A DNA stretch of 64,000 nt from Lytechinus pictus (lineage: Eukaryota): contig NC_087245.1 of the NCBI RefSeq assembly GCF_037042905.1, positions 16,184,001-16,248,000 of the forward strand, written 5' to 3'. A model generated the notes under the pieces. It was not told the DNA's origin, made no database searches, and saw nothing but the letters and a program-made list of their open reading frames with translations. Position 1 is the stretch's first letter, and the number at the start of each line of letters is the position of its first letter. This document shows positions 27,589 through 39,952 of the stretch, one piece after another. The translations under genes and the position numbers were made by a program.

Positions 27589-30500
27589 TTAAAAGAAAAT
27601 ACCAAAACAGATGATCAGAAGATGAGAATATTAATGCAGGTCTTTAAAAAGAGGTTAGGTCTCATAAAGTAAATTTTAGAATAAACTGTGTCCATTTTTA
27701 GCTCTGGACACTCAAAGTTATTCCACTTTTTCTTTCTTAAAAAAAGAGAAAGGAAGAGACAAGAGAGGTGGAAGATGACAAACAGAGATTGCATGGCAAT
27801 TTAAGAGCAGCAATGTGTAGATAGATAGTGATCACTGAGTGTTAGTGAAGGTGAAATAAAGGGCCCCCTGCACTGTCGGGAAGCCAAGCCCCCAAGACTA
27901 GCCGGTATGCCGACTGCTATTTGTGGCATGTTTTAATACCCAGAGCTTCCCACTAAAGCCAGGCCTATACAAGTACATCGGGGATGGGTACTACGTGATG
28001 CGTCCCATACACAAACACACACACCAGGCTTAACCGGCGTATCATGTGCATTTAAAAGGGGGAATGCTTCCATTCAAAGGTTTGGAAAAGTTTGGCGAGT
28101 GATGCGTGATTGTGACATCTCTAATGACCATTCATCTTGACGTCATGTAGAAGTGGAACTATCAGACAAGTTTTCCTGGAATCTGATTTTGGCCTCAAAA
28201 TATCCTCTGATTATTGCTGTTAATTTCCTCAACTGCAAAATCCAAAGAAAGACAATATATTGGATGCCTTTTCAGGAGCTGTTAGCTCCGTGTTTATTTA
28301 TTTATTTCTTTTGGAGCTATCTGGAAGCCAGTGACCCTACCGCTTAGGGTGGGTCAGGAGCTGGGATGGGTGTGCTTGTTATAGCAGTCTAATTCCTGTT
28401 AAGTCTTTCCATCTGTGTCGGACGCATCAGTGTCTCTTGAAGGAGCTAACTCTTGGGTCCGTATACTGGAAGATACTCTGTCACCGATGTAGTACATCGA
28501 CTCCTGGAGTGGGAAGCACCCTGTGGTTGTGTGTATGGATTGGTAGAGTTGTGACGCTTTGAGGGTTAATGTCTGAGTGTGTATCTGAGAAGGAAGAAAG
28601 GGATCATGTCTTGGTTTTGAACACCTGGATTGTATTACCGAGTTGATTGACACGTTAGGAGAGCCCCTACTAGCCAAGGATTCATGCTGATACACGGAGG
28701 GTGTCGAAACAAACAAATACATGCTTATCGAGGCGGTGTATAGGCAATAGGAGTAAGTCATCAGCCAGGTCGTGTTCCTATAGTTATCATTCATTCCAGT
28801 TTATAAAATGTCTCTGAGGATAGTATTTCATTAAGCTTCTGATAAATTTAATCCATAGCCTACTGAATTCTCTAAATCCCTTAGATATTTATACAGAGAA
28901 CGTTTGATCCTGTAGACAGCATAGTAAATGTGACTTTATTACAGTTTGCGAATGTTAAGCCGGGATCTTTGGCTTTCTGAATCATTCAAGTTGAATAGCA
29001 TTATGTAATTGGATTTGAAGTATGCAGATACACATAAACAACTTTATTGTTAACATAAATTGATTTTCATTTGACTTTAAAATAGACAAGCTTTATCAAA
29101 TCATCGGAAGAAACTTTGGCTCATACTATGGCACCTAATGTGCTAGTCAATTGCAAAGATGCATTAACGTCTTGAATAGATTTATTAACCCATCTCGGAA
29201 TAATGCAAATAGATATAAAGTTGAGCATGCATTGTTTTGTTTTTAGGTATCATATTAAGAATGGTTGGTATATTTGGTGAAAATAATGTAAATGTAGATG
29301 ATCATTTGCATGTTACTATGTCCACAGACATTTTAATCTTGTACTCACACATAGTATAGACATTTGTGGAAGTAGATATGGATGTTTGGCAATTATTGAA
29401 TTTTTCTTAAATGTGGATTCTAGGAAACTTACAATATACCTTTACATTTTGGTATTCTTGCCAGTATTCATTTCAATATTGTTCATCATCTTCATTCTGC
29501 TAACACAAACTTAAAAAAAGAATTTAATACTTTTTTTTTACTTTCGAAACTGAGGAAACATTATAGTTATTTGATATGTTCTTAAAGGTGTTCTCACACT
29601 TGATCAACAGTTTTATATTTTTCATGTTGGTCAATGGCAATTTAGTAATCATCTTGACTGTTTTTTTACCTTAGTCCAACAATAATATAGCATGAGCTCG
29701 CAATAATGCAATTGAAGATTGTAGAAGACTAAACAGAGCATAACAAGAGCCTTACTAGCATTTCTGTCTAGATTGGTCAAGACGGACACTCAACTGTCAT
29801 TGACCGACTGACTAGTGTTCTAAGTATTCAGATCATGTCATATATTCGTTTGCACAGAGATGATATGATGATTACTTTTCTCTTTTTATAACATTACATA
29901 TTATATTATATTTATATTTTATATTTGTGTAATTTTTAGATGTAACCATACAGTATCGGTAGATTCAGGGGTTTATAAAGGGGGGGGGGGGGCTAAAAAT
30001 CTTAAATTTTGTGTGAGCACTTCTTTTTAAAGTGAGTTTCTCAGTGGAAAAAAATAGTCATTGTTTCCCATAAAAATTGGCATGCCCCCCCATTTTATAC
30101 TAAAATAACGTACCATGTTCATTGTGACACTGTGCATGTACAGCTGTCTCTGAATATAAGTGCTTTGTTTCTGTGTCTCTGTGTCAAAGGTATGAACGAG
30201 GGGGGTGTCATTTTTCTCCCTCTCCCTTCTTTAGGATCAGACCCATAAGCTATTATTCCTGATCTGAGTGACTTATCAAGATGTGATTAGTTCTAAAATA
30301 CACCAAACAGTCATCTTTGGTAGATGTAAACATATTTGTTGCCCCCCACCCGGAAGATATGATAGATATAGTTTTCTTTATTTGCTAGGATAGTCATCCT
30401 CATTCTATACCGCCTTGCCTCACTTAGTGTACTCTGTACTTAATTTGTTGTCATACATGCATGGTTTTGTTTGTTTTCAATCTTCGCCACTACTTTCTTC

Positions 30501-30639
30501 ATCTTTCTGGCCCAATCCTCTCTCTGTACTTTCTACCTATATCTCCTTTTAATTACCCTTTACCCTTACTCACTTTTTCTCTGTCTGTCTCCCTATGCCG
30601 TCTTTATCCTTCCCCATCTTTTCTTTTCTAACACTTTTC

Positions 30640-30897
30640 ATTCATGCATGTACAATGTGCCTCATTGTAGTGGTTAGAATTTGCGTACTTAATATGTATT
30701 ATGTTCAATACAATGTATAACTTTATTTACTTTCAACAATTTATTTCCTTGTATTATAATAAGAAGTACTAGTAATTTTATATCATTCCATGTTTGTATT
30801 TGAGTATTATTCTATTGTTGTAAATTGTACACATGTTTTTATTCAGCCTTTGGCTGCGAGGCATGTTTTTAATAAACCATTATTGAATTGAATTGAA
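30640..30897 (+). mobile_element. 3' UTR/tail of a LINE-type element
   Basis: Small hairpin cagcctttggctg followed by aataaa and a (ttgaa)n tail. The left boundary is uncertain. Confidence 0.45.
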
Positions 30898-32323
30898 AAA
30901 AAATTTACAATTAGTTTATCATCACTATATTTCTACCATGTATCCCATGGCATCAGGTAGGGCTATATACATTGTAGGTCTAATCTGTTTTACATAAAGC
31001 TGATTAAAAGGTTGTAGGATAATTTGTTTTCCAGTTTGATGACTAATAGTACAATAGTCTGCATGTTAATCTTTGTTAGATGTTAACATACCATACACAT
31101 GTATTATTCTCAAATGCTACACAAGACGTAATCATTTATAATTAGATATGTAAATTGACCTAGGTCAAGTGTCAAAACCATGTCTGGGCCATTTCTGGTG
31201 TTCACACATCACAAACACATAGTTGCTATTTTACAAAGCCCCATAGTAAAGCAATCAACAGAGTGATTTCTGAACATGTTAGAGCTTGATTTAATGGGAT
31301 CCATTTATAAGTTCATGTCCTTTTATTTTTTTTCTTTGCATGATTTTTTGTTGTATATTACATTAAGCTGTATATTTCTTTGGCAGATGTGGCATACAAT
31401 TTTTATTTTTTTTTCTTAAAAAAACATAAAATGTTGTTTTTGCTGGCATTTTACTCACATCAGCATGTAGGCAACCATGAACATGCACATAAGATAAATT
31501 GAAAGACATTTTTTTGGTTAAAGAATCCATGGATTCAAGACAGCTGTGTTTATCCATCTTAACATCCTTATGTAGGTAGGCTGTAGAAATGTGATTTGTA
31601 AATTGTGTCAATATATTACATTTGTCTACAGTGTATATTTTGGGTTGAAGAGGTCGCTTGACCTTAATGCAAGCCTCCATGAATCAAATCTGATTGGGAT
31701 AAAGTGGACAAGACTGGTCTCCTAATAGGGTTAAATTATGGCTCGTTCAGACATGGCCAGGCAACAGAGCTCAGTCAGAGTACAGTGCAACATTCGTGTA
31801 CAAATTCAATGGGATTAAGAGTCAAGGAAAATACAGCAGGGCTAGGAAACCTTTTATATTGCTTGGTAAACCCCCCCCCCCAAAAAAAAGAAACCTGCTG
31901 GCCATTTAAATTATTCTTCAATTGAAGAGATGTATGTTTATGTTGAGTTTGCTAGGGCAGAGTCGTGACACCACATACCTGTATGCATATATGTCGTGCA
32001 ATAAATCTTAATGCAATTATATTTAAAGATGACTCATAGTATCATAATGAAATGATTATTATGAGTTTTTTCTTGTCAGCCTTGTACAACTTCTTTGGAG
32101 TTAAAGCTTCATATTATGTATAGACCTACTTTATTACCATGGGGTTTACGATGTGTCGTTTCATGGCTGAACACTGAAAAGGAGATTAAAAGGGATTGTT
32201 TTCCAGGTTTTTACTTTAATTGTTCACAATTATTTCTTTTCTTCAAATAAATGCTACTGTTAATAGCAGGTTTCTTCGTAAGACCATACGGAAATTGATT
32301 AAAGTTTATCCATTACACCTTAT

Positions 32324-32757
32324 GGCCCGAATTCACAAAGGTGGTTTTGAAAACCACCGTTGAGTCCATGGTTTATGCAGATTTCCTGTATAAATTACGC
32401 TTAATTTAGCGCGTATTGGGCGCGTGTATACAAAATGTCCAATTCTGATGCGCGCTTTTGTCACAGTGCGCCAAATTGATGCCTGTTACCATGGTTAGAT
32501 ACGCTATTTATTCATGAGTCCACTGTTTGAAGAGTTGGACTCATGAATAAAAACAGTGGACTCATAAATAAAATAGCGTATCTAACCATGGTAACAGGCG
32601 TCAATTTGGCGCACTGTGACAAAAGCGCGCATCAGAATTTGACATTTTTTATACACGCGCCCGATACGCACTAAATTAAGCGTAATTTATACAGGAAATC
32701 TGCATAAACCATGGACTCAACCGTGGGTTTTCAAAACCACCTTTGTGAATTCGGGCC
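32324..32757. mobile_element. Near-perfect foldback MITE (PIF/Harbinger-like ends)
   Basis: Arms 32324-32528 and 32551-32757 are reverse complements with few mismatches. Termini GGCCC...GGGCC, flanks TAT/TAA. Confidence 0.9.
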
Positions 32758-33383
32758 TAACTAGTCTGCTGCCCGCTACTGTAGCAAATGTATGTACCAT
32801 AAGTAGGATGATAAGAAATAAGTAGTTTGTAAGTGATAATGCAGAGCCATTCAAAGTTACCTGTAAGTTTAGTGTATAAGGAAATTACATGTATGATTCC
32901 TCTTTTCATTGTATTAACCTCCTTGGTATTTGGTCATATTTCAATGTATTGAATTGAACTGTAAAAATTGGAAGTCTTTGTAAGTGAACAAAAAAAAAAT
33001 GAAACTGTCTGCAAATTTTCAGCTCATACTATAGGCTTCACAATGGAAACTAGGAAAGATATATAGAATGCTTGTTGCTCATCAACAGATACACCACTTA
33101 AACAACCGTTATAAGTTATGAATTCACACAAAGTCCTGGAAAAGGAATCCCAGCATATTTTGTGAATGAGTTGAGACTTGAGAACAGTCACAAACGTGCA
33201 ATTTGACTTACATTGAAAAGATACATTCATGTACAGTGTGATGTTCATTTATCTTTATCTCCATGTATGAGTCATAGTATACTTTCACCCACCAGGCTCT
33301 GCATTATGATCCATGTTGGTATTCTGTCTAGTAGAATTACAAACCATTTCTCAACTTTTCACATTTTTTCTTATCATTTTTAG

Positions 33384-33538
33384 GGCAAAGACCAATAGCA
33401 AGCCAGCTGTCAGCACCCCAGTAAAGAAACCAGAGAGACACAAGATTCGCCATGGCGACAGTGGTGTTTACTCAATGGAAATGGACGATGATGGCCCTAT
33501 AGGAGACGAGAAACAAAAAGAAGTTGGCAAAATGAAAG
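33384..33538 (+). CDS. Coding exon D; charged linker
   Basis: Acceptor ttatcatttttag|G, donor AAAG|gtaagca, phase 2 to 1. Reads AKTNSKPAVSTPVKKPERHKIRHGDSGVYSMEMDDDGPIGDEKQKEVGKMK. Confidence 0.85.
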
Positions 33539-33709
33539 GTAAGCATCAATCATTATTAATGGGCATATATAATGTATGTAGTTGGCTTGTCAAATAACAA
33601 ATTGGTCTCAAGAGAAGTTTAGTCCAAGTTGCGCCAGTATTTGAGAAGCATGAGTACTCAAGTCACATTTAACTCTGGTAGTCTGAAAACCAATAAAAAA
33701 AAAATCCTG

Positions 33710-34466
33710 GGGTGGTATTCTGGAACACTGTCATAACTTTTGTCATAAATGTTATCATTTCTCTCCGAGTTGTGACACCGCTATGATTGTCACAAATCGG
33801 TATTCTGAACATTGTCTTTTCCCTGTCATATCTCTCAAAGTTCCCTCCCATCTTTTCGGAAGCAAACCAATCAAAATCATCGTTAGTTCCCAGTGGGAGC
33901 CCTTCTAGCCAATAGGAAGGCCCCGTGGCAGGTAGGGCGTATCCCCAAAACAGTTGCTGGCATCGCACAACTACGCGTATATTGATGTGCTTAATTACAA
34001 AGAGAGACAGGGAGCTTTGATGGATTTTAGAGGAGAAGTAGAAAAAGAAGGAAAACAGAGAAAAAAAGGAGGAATAAATATGTAGGGCCTAACTAATTGT
34101 AGCATGAAAAAATAATTTTGAAAATTGTCATGGATGATGAGTGAAATTAATACCACAATCTAATTTAAATAATATCCGATTATTTGCTTGACATTTAGTC
34201 GGCCGGGTATCGGGATATTTGGTACTAAAAGATATGACAAAATTTATGACTGCTACCCCCTGTCATAACTTTTGTCATATCTTTTGCTTGTATAAAAGGA
34301 TTACGCGCATTTAAAGCCGCGTATTTTTGGTGCACGCTAAAGAGAAGAGACGAAATTTATTACAATTTTTTTGACAAAAGTTATGACATCCACCAGAATA
34401 CCGACTTTGTCATATCTCTGAGATAAGATAAAATACAGAGAAAAGACAATGTTCAGAATACCGCCC
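33710..34466. mobile_element. Harbinger-like non-autonomous element with CTG TSD
   Basis: CTG|GGGTGGTATTCTG...CAGAATACCGCCC|CTG, with repeated ttttgtcata/tatgacaaaa subterminal motifs. Confidence 0.8.
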
Positions 34467-35790
34467 CTGGTTCCAGGTGCGTATTATATTTGGCTAACCA
34501 AGGGAAATTTCCACAGAAATAAAGTTACTGTCTATACTTGTATATTGGCTTGCATCCATTAGCATGTGACATCTCTGAGATGACAAGACTTGGAGGGGCA
34601 AATTATTGTGTATAAATGATGGCTTGCCCTTCTAAACCATCCTGCCGACAACGGTTTCATCTCTTAATATACCCACATACAACCCTGTGTTCGTTCATCA
34701 TGGATTATTATGATCAGTGAGTGTCTGTATCTAGCTCCAATTTGGAGACAAAACCTCTTATCTCCCAAAGCTTCATTGCTCAGAACAGTGAAAAAAATAC
34801 GACTACAAAGGTCCATACCACTGTATTCAAATTGCTATTCTTCTCCTTAATAGTTTGATGCAGTGACTTATCTATATTTTCTAGAAATGGTGCTGGTTTC
34901 GTAACAGGACATCACTGACTAGGTTACCTATTATTTAAACAATGTTACAAAACAATTTCCTCAAAATGTGATGTAGGACGCCTTGTCACTGAATCCTAGG
35001 TATAACAGGATGTGAGCCGACTACTTGATAGTTTGGTATAGAGCCAGGCATGGTGTTAAAACCTCATGCCTTGCTGCTTCACGTAGCAGGAGGGCGTGCT
35101 CCATAAGATGGCATAGGAATGCAAGGTCGGGATGCCTCCATGCTGGGATAATACCTGCTAAAAATAATAGATGGACAAATCAGGATCTCACTCCACTCTC
35201 TTGATTGATATGCATTGTTTAACAATGCGTACCCTCTCATCAGTTTAATGTCAATTTAGAAATTATACGTGTCTTGCTATTAATATCCGTTTCAAGGTTA
35301 AGTGGGATTTTTATATTTATATCAGTGGTAAAGATGGCTACGTGCCTTGCTATCAATATCCCTTTCAAGGTTAAGTAGGAGTTCGTGGGAATTCACATAT
35401 TTCAGCCTTTCCACTCTAAAATGCTGTGACTACAAGTAAAGGTGTCTAATTAATACTGTTTAGTAGTTAATGACATATATTATGTGTTTTGTTCATCAAT
35501 ATTTGAATGTCCTTGTGTAATGTCAAGATTTTTAAATGCTTAATCTTCAAGAAAATTGCAAAGTTTTTGTGAAGCAAAATTTCATTTGAGAAATGAACTC
35601 ATCCCGAAGCTTACAAATAAACTGGCAAGCTAAGTTTCTTATCTATTCTGTGGAGCTTATTATTTTATATGGTGTATTATTTGATGTTAATTGAATTCAT
35701 TCATTTACCTGTTGATTGGTTATCTATTCAAGTATTTATTCATTAAGTCGTTAAAAAAGTTTTTTTCTTCCTTTTGTCCCCTCTCTCACT

Positions 35791-35906
35791 GGGAGCATTT
35801 CATGAAAACACTTGTTGTATGTTTTATCCGGCAGTCAAAATCAAAATAAAGGAAATTTTTCAGATTCTACAACTTGTCAGACAAAAATTTTGATGAAATG
35901 CTCTCC
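35791..35906. mobile_element. Small MITE
   Basis: Inverted ends gggagcatttcatgaaaa / ttttgatgaaatgctctcc. Confidence 0.55.
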
Positions 35907-36222
35907 TAGAGTGTGTATTATGTATGTAAGAAATCTGCAGTCTCTTTGTGAAAAGAGGATATAGGTATTTCTTTCTTGCTTTCATATCTGCAGAAGAAAG
36001 TGTCTTTCTCCATGGTGAACTCCCCCAAGCTTTTCAAATATTGTTCTGAGTCAAAATCTTAACAATTAATAATTAAAGCATGCACGGTATTGTTTTTTTT
36101 TTTTTTTTTTTGATTAGGTCTATGTCATAACATCTCAATATCCTCTTTGTATGAAAGGGATAATAATGAAAAAAAAAAACTACTTGCCTTTTCATTCTTC
36201 TCTGTTTCTCATGTATGTGCAG

Positions 36223-36350
36223 AAAAGAAAGCCGCTCCTAAGGTGAATACCTCACCGGCATCTTTCCTCTCCCAGGTGAGGGATGTGATGATCAAAGAAG
36301 GGAATGAAGTAAGATTTGCTTGTCACATCTCAGGAGAACCAAAACCACAG
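36223..36350 (+). CDS. Coding exon E; start of Ig domain 2
   Basis: Pyrimidine tract then gtgcag|AA, donor CAG|gtacag, phase 1 to 0. Reads EKKAAPKVNTSPASFLSQVRDVMIKEGNEVRFACHISGEPKPQ. Confidence 0.92.
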
Positions 36351-36373
36351 GTACAGTATATTAACACCTACCC

Positions 36374-37574
36374 AATGGGTGAATCTAACTCTCATTAAAA
36401 GATTAAATAATTAACATTGTCTGGGGGAGTGGGGTGTTTTGAAATATATGACATCAAAATCACTGACATCTTGCACAACGCTATAAAAAAAAATGTTGTA
36501 ATATTAGGTTAAAGGACAAGTCCACCCCACCAAAAAGTTTATTTGAATAAAAGGAGAAAAATCCAACAAGCAAAACACTGAAAATTTCATCAAAATCGGA
36601 TGTAAAATAAGAAAGTTATGACATTTTAAACTTTTGCTTAATTTCACAAAAACAGTTATATACACATCCTGGACGGTATGCAAATTGGCAGACTGATGAC
36701 GTCACCCACTCACTATTTCTTTTGTATTTTATTACATGAAATATGAAAAATTCTAATTTTCTCCCCATTGTCATGTGAAACAAAGTTTGATTACTCCCTG
36801 AACATGTGGAATTACCATTATTTTAACAGTTTATGGTTAAGTCAAGTTGGTCCTTATTGTCAAATCTGTAAAAATTGAAATATTGTATAATTCAAACAAT
36901 AAAAAACAAAAGAAATAGTGAGTGATGGACATCATTGACTCTCTCATTTGCATATCGCTGAGTTGTGCGTTTAACTGTTTTGTCAAATATAAGCGAAACT
37001 TAAAAACGTCATAACTTTCTTATTTTACAGCCGATTTTGATGAAATTTGCAGCGTTATGTTTGTTTTATTTTTCTCTATCGATTCAAATCAACAATTTTC
37101 TGGGGTGGACTTGGCCTTTAATATCAGACTAGATGTGCATTGTCTATACACCTAGGATAATCAGAGGGGACCACTAGCATTGTTAGTGAACTAAATGGTC
37201 GAAACCCTGTTTCTCTTAATTTGCTTTTTTTTAAATCCCTTGCTGACTGTATTTTTAATTGAATTAAGAGTGTTGTATAGCGCATGATCTCCGTTTTCAA
37301 ACTGTATAATCAGCAAAGTCATAATTAATTTTGGCAGATTTCTGTTTTTATCTGGGTTGTCATATGTCTTGGTTGAGCAGGTGTACCGTATTTAGAGCTA
37401 TATATTGAATTGTTCCAAGTATGTGTAACAAGTTATGTAAAGAAGAATATCCAAAGGGGTGAACCTAACTCTTATTAAAAGATTAAATAACTAACATTGT
37501 TTGGGGGAGCGGGGTTTTAGAAATATTTTAAATTAAAATCACTGACTTCTAGCACAACGCTACCAAAAAATGTT
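36374..37574. repeat. Diverged ~125-bp direct repeat pair within one intron (36374-36497 and 37454-37574)
   Basis: gggtgaa.ctaactct.attaaaagattaaataa.taacattgt.tgggggag...aaaatcactgac.tct.gcacaacgcta occurs twice. Confidence 0.8.
36513..37117 (-). mobile_element. TTAA-flanked Kolobok-like MITE, copy B (opposite orientation to A and C)
   Basis: TTAA|AGGACAAGTCCACCCC...GGGGTGGACTTGGCCT|TTAA. Confidence 0.88.
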
Positions 37575-37697
37575 ATTTATTAATTATGCAGGGTTTGGTT
37601 TCTGGATGAGAACGTAATGAATGCTGACTACATGCTCTCCATTTTGTTTATGAGTAAAATCACACTTTTTATGATTGTAATTCATACTTTTGATTAG

Positions 37698-38523
37698 GTA
37701 AAATGGTTCCACAATAGCAAGAGAATTCACTCGACACACGATCCAAGGATAGTAGAAGATGGCTTTACTACAACCCTCACTATATTCTCAGCTCAGCTTA
37801 CTGACCTAGGAGAATACTCCTGTGAGATTTACAATGGAATCGGTGAGAAGCAAGCCAGTTCGGCAAAGCTTACCGTACAACCGGACAGGACGAAGAAGTC
37901 GTCGGGTCGGCTTCCAGAATTTCTTGATTTCTTCAAGGACATGTCAGTCTGTGAAGGCCAGGATGTGAACTTGACGTGTAAGGTCCGAGGTAATCCCATC
38001 CCAAAAGTCATTTGGCTCTACAATCACCGCCCTATCCACGAAAGTGGTGACTTCAAATTCTACCATGAGAATTTCAGTCACCGACTCCATATTGTGGAGG
38101 TTCTTCCAGAGGACGAGGGCGTGTACACTTGCAAAGCCATCAATTCTTTTGGGGAAAAACAGATCAGTGCTGAACTCTTTGTCGAAGAGCAGACCCAAGG
38201 GTTGGACAGCAACAAAGGGCCACATACTTCTGCGCGCCCTTCGTTTCTTATACACGTGGAAGATGCAAAATGCTGGGAGGGGAATGGCGCCACCTTTGAC
38301 TGCAAGGTGACAGGTTTACCAGAGCCTGAGATTCAGTGGTACCACGATGGAAAGGAGATAGAAGCCTCCAACCAAGGTCATTATATCATCGACAGAGGCA
38401 ACAATGGAAACTGCATGTTGGTCATCCCACATGCGACAGTAGCCGATGCTGGAGAGTATGCTTGCGTTGCAAAGAGCAACCTTGGAACGGCTCACAGCAT
38501 TGCTGAACTAGTCGTCATTGAAG
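37698..38523 (+). CDS. Coding exon F; rest of Ig domain 2 plus complete Ig domains 3 and 4
   Basis: Acceptor tttgattag|GTA, donor GAAG|gtaggt. 826 nt open: VKWFHNSK...DLGEYSC...PEFLDFFKDMSVCEGQDVNLTCKVRGNPIPKVIW...EDEGVYTCKAIN...PSFLIHVEDAKCWEGNGATFDCKVTGLPEPEIQW...DAGEYACVAKSNLG...ELVVIE. Confidence 0.96.
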
Positions 38524-39952
38524 GTAGGTCTTTCATGATTAAAAGATTCTTACTAGGTTATGTTCAAATTTCTTAGTCTTGAGAACATGTGTAAATTACA
38601 ACATAACATTGATACGTCACACATATGTTTTTGTTGTGAATCTTGTTGGCCTGGCTTGAGTACATGCTTTGCAAGATAGATTGGAATGCTTTTTAAAAAC
38701 TCAACTCAATCCTATTTTAATTTCTCATGTACATGCATGATGTTTTTCTTGTTACTTGATTCGCGACTTGTGCTCTCTTCCAAGAAGAAGAATCTATTTA
38801 TGTTTCATGCCCACAATCTGGTACTGACAAAATTCTTTCTTTGTTGTTTTCATTTACATTGTTTATAGGCAACATTGGTAACTGCAATTTAACAATTATT
38901 CAGTGTCAAGGAAGAGATTCTTGACAACATCAAATCAATGTACAAACAATCCATCAATTTGATAATAAAAGACACAGCAGTAAATGTATCAACCATTCAA
39001 AATTACAATAATGAGGAGAGTCAAAGACAGTCATGTCAGAAACTCTTGATAATAAGGTCCTCATTTTTGTTTCAGTGAGGCTACCACATTGAACAACCAG
39101 CAGGCCAAACCTTGCCTGACATTTCAGTGCATTCTCGCATGTAGGTAATGTAAAGAATAAATTGCTTTCAAAATGGGAGAGAATGGCACTACTGTGGTTA
39201 TTCCTAACTTGAGAATAATCAGAAAATCATATTCTATAATTAATCAAAAGAAAGTAAATAAAAAGATGAATGTGTACATTTTGTCCAAAATGAAATACAT
39301 GTAGAGTGTATTCTTGCATGTAATGATGTCATTATCTATGCATGGCAGCTGACCCCAAACTTTCCCTACATGAAATCACCCCAATGTAAAAACTAACTTC
39401 ATGTTAAAACAAATTTCCTTTATGTTGAACATGTGTATGTGTGGGATTTCTTTATATTTCTGTTATTTTCACCCCATGGCCAAGGTTCTAAAATTTAATT
39501 TAAACTTTCATTCCTTTGAAATTGCCTTTTCCCTTTCAATTTCATTTCTTTAAAATTAAGATGTGCTGGAAAAAAACCTCTTTTTAATACAGCATCTCAC
39601 ATGTAATTCAGTTTCAAGGCACCTTAGAGTGTTTAATTTAAAAATAAAAAAAGGTTGAATTCAAGAGTATGAAATGGTTCATCATTGGTATTAGCTTTAA
39701 ATTCATGTGATATTTTTAAAAAATCAATTGTTTCATTGAATTAATTTGTAAGCCTTCAGTGTCTTACATGCTGCCATCTGTTGTTTCATTGTGACTGGTA
39801 CTTGGTATGCTATGTGGCATTCTCTTGGGTATTTGATTTCATTGCTTGGAAGTGAATTCATTGCGTCTGCTCTCCAGAATCCCTTGCCTTCATAAAGGGG
39901 CTTTCACAATCGCTCTTGTGACCGTTTGTGATCATTTGGTCACAATATATGT

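Noticed and set aside
28399..28794. 131-aa minus-strand ORF
   Set aside because: No recognisable domain or splice partners; it is a plausible chance ORF in GC-richer DNA.
35158..35167. MEF2-like site CTAAAAATAA (also near 15901 and 61533) and CArG-like motifs near 4046-4073
   Set aside because: Such sites are expected by chance in AT-rich DNA, and the CArG matches are imperfect.
37829..38310. Antisense and alternate-frame ORFs over exon F
   Set aside because: They are shadows of the real coding exon.
39076..39140. Exon candidate after tttgtttcag
   Set aside because: In-frame TGA when joined to exon F.
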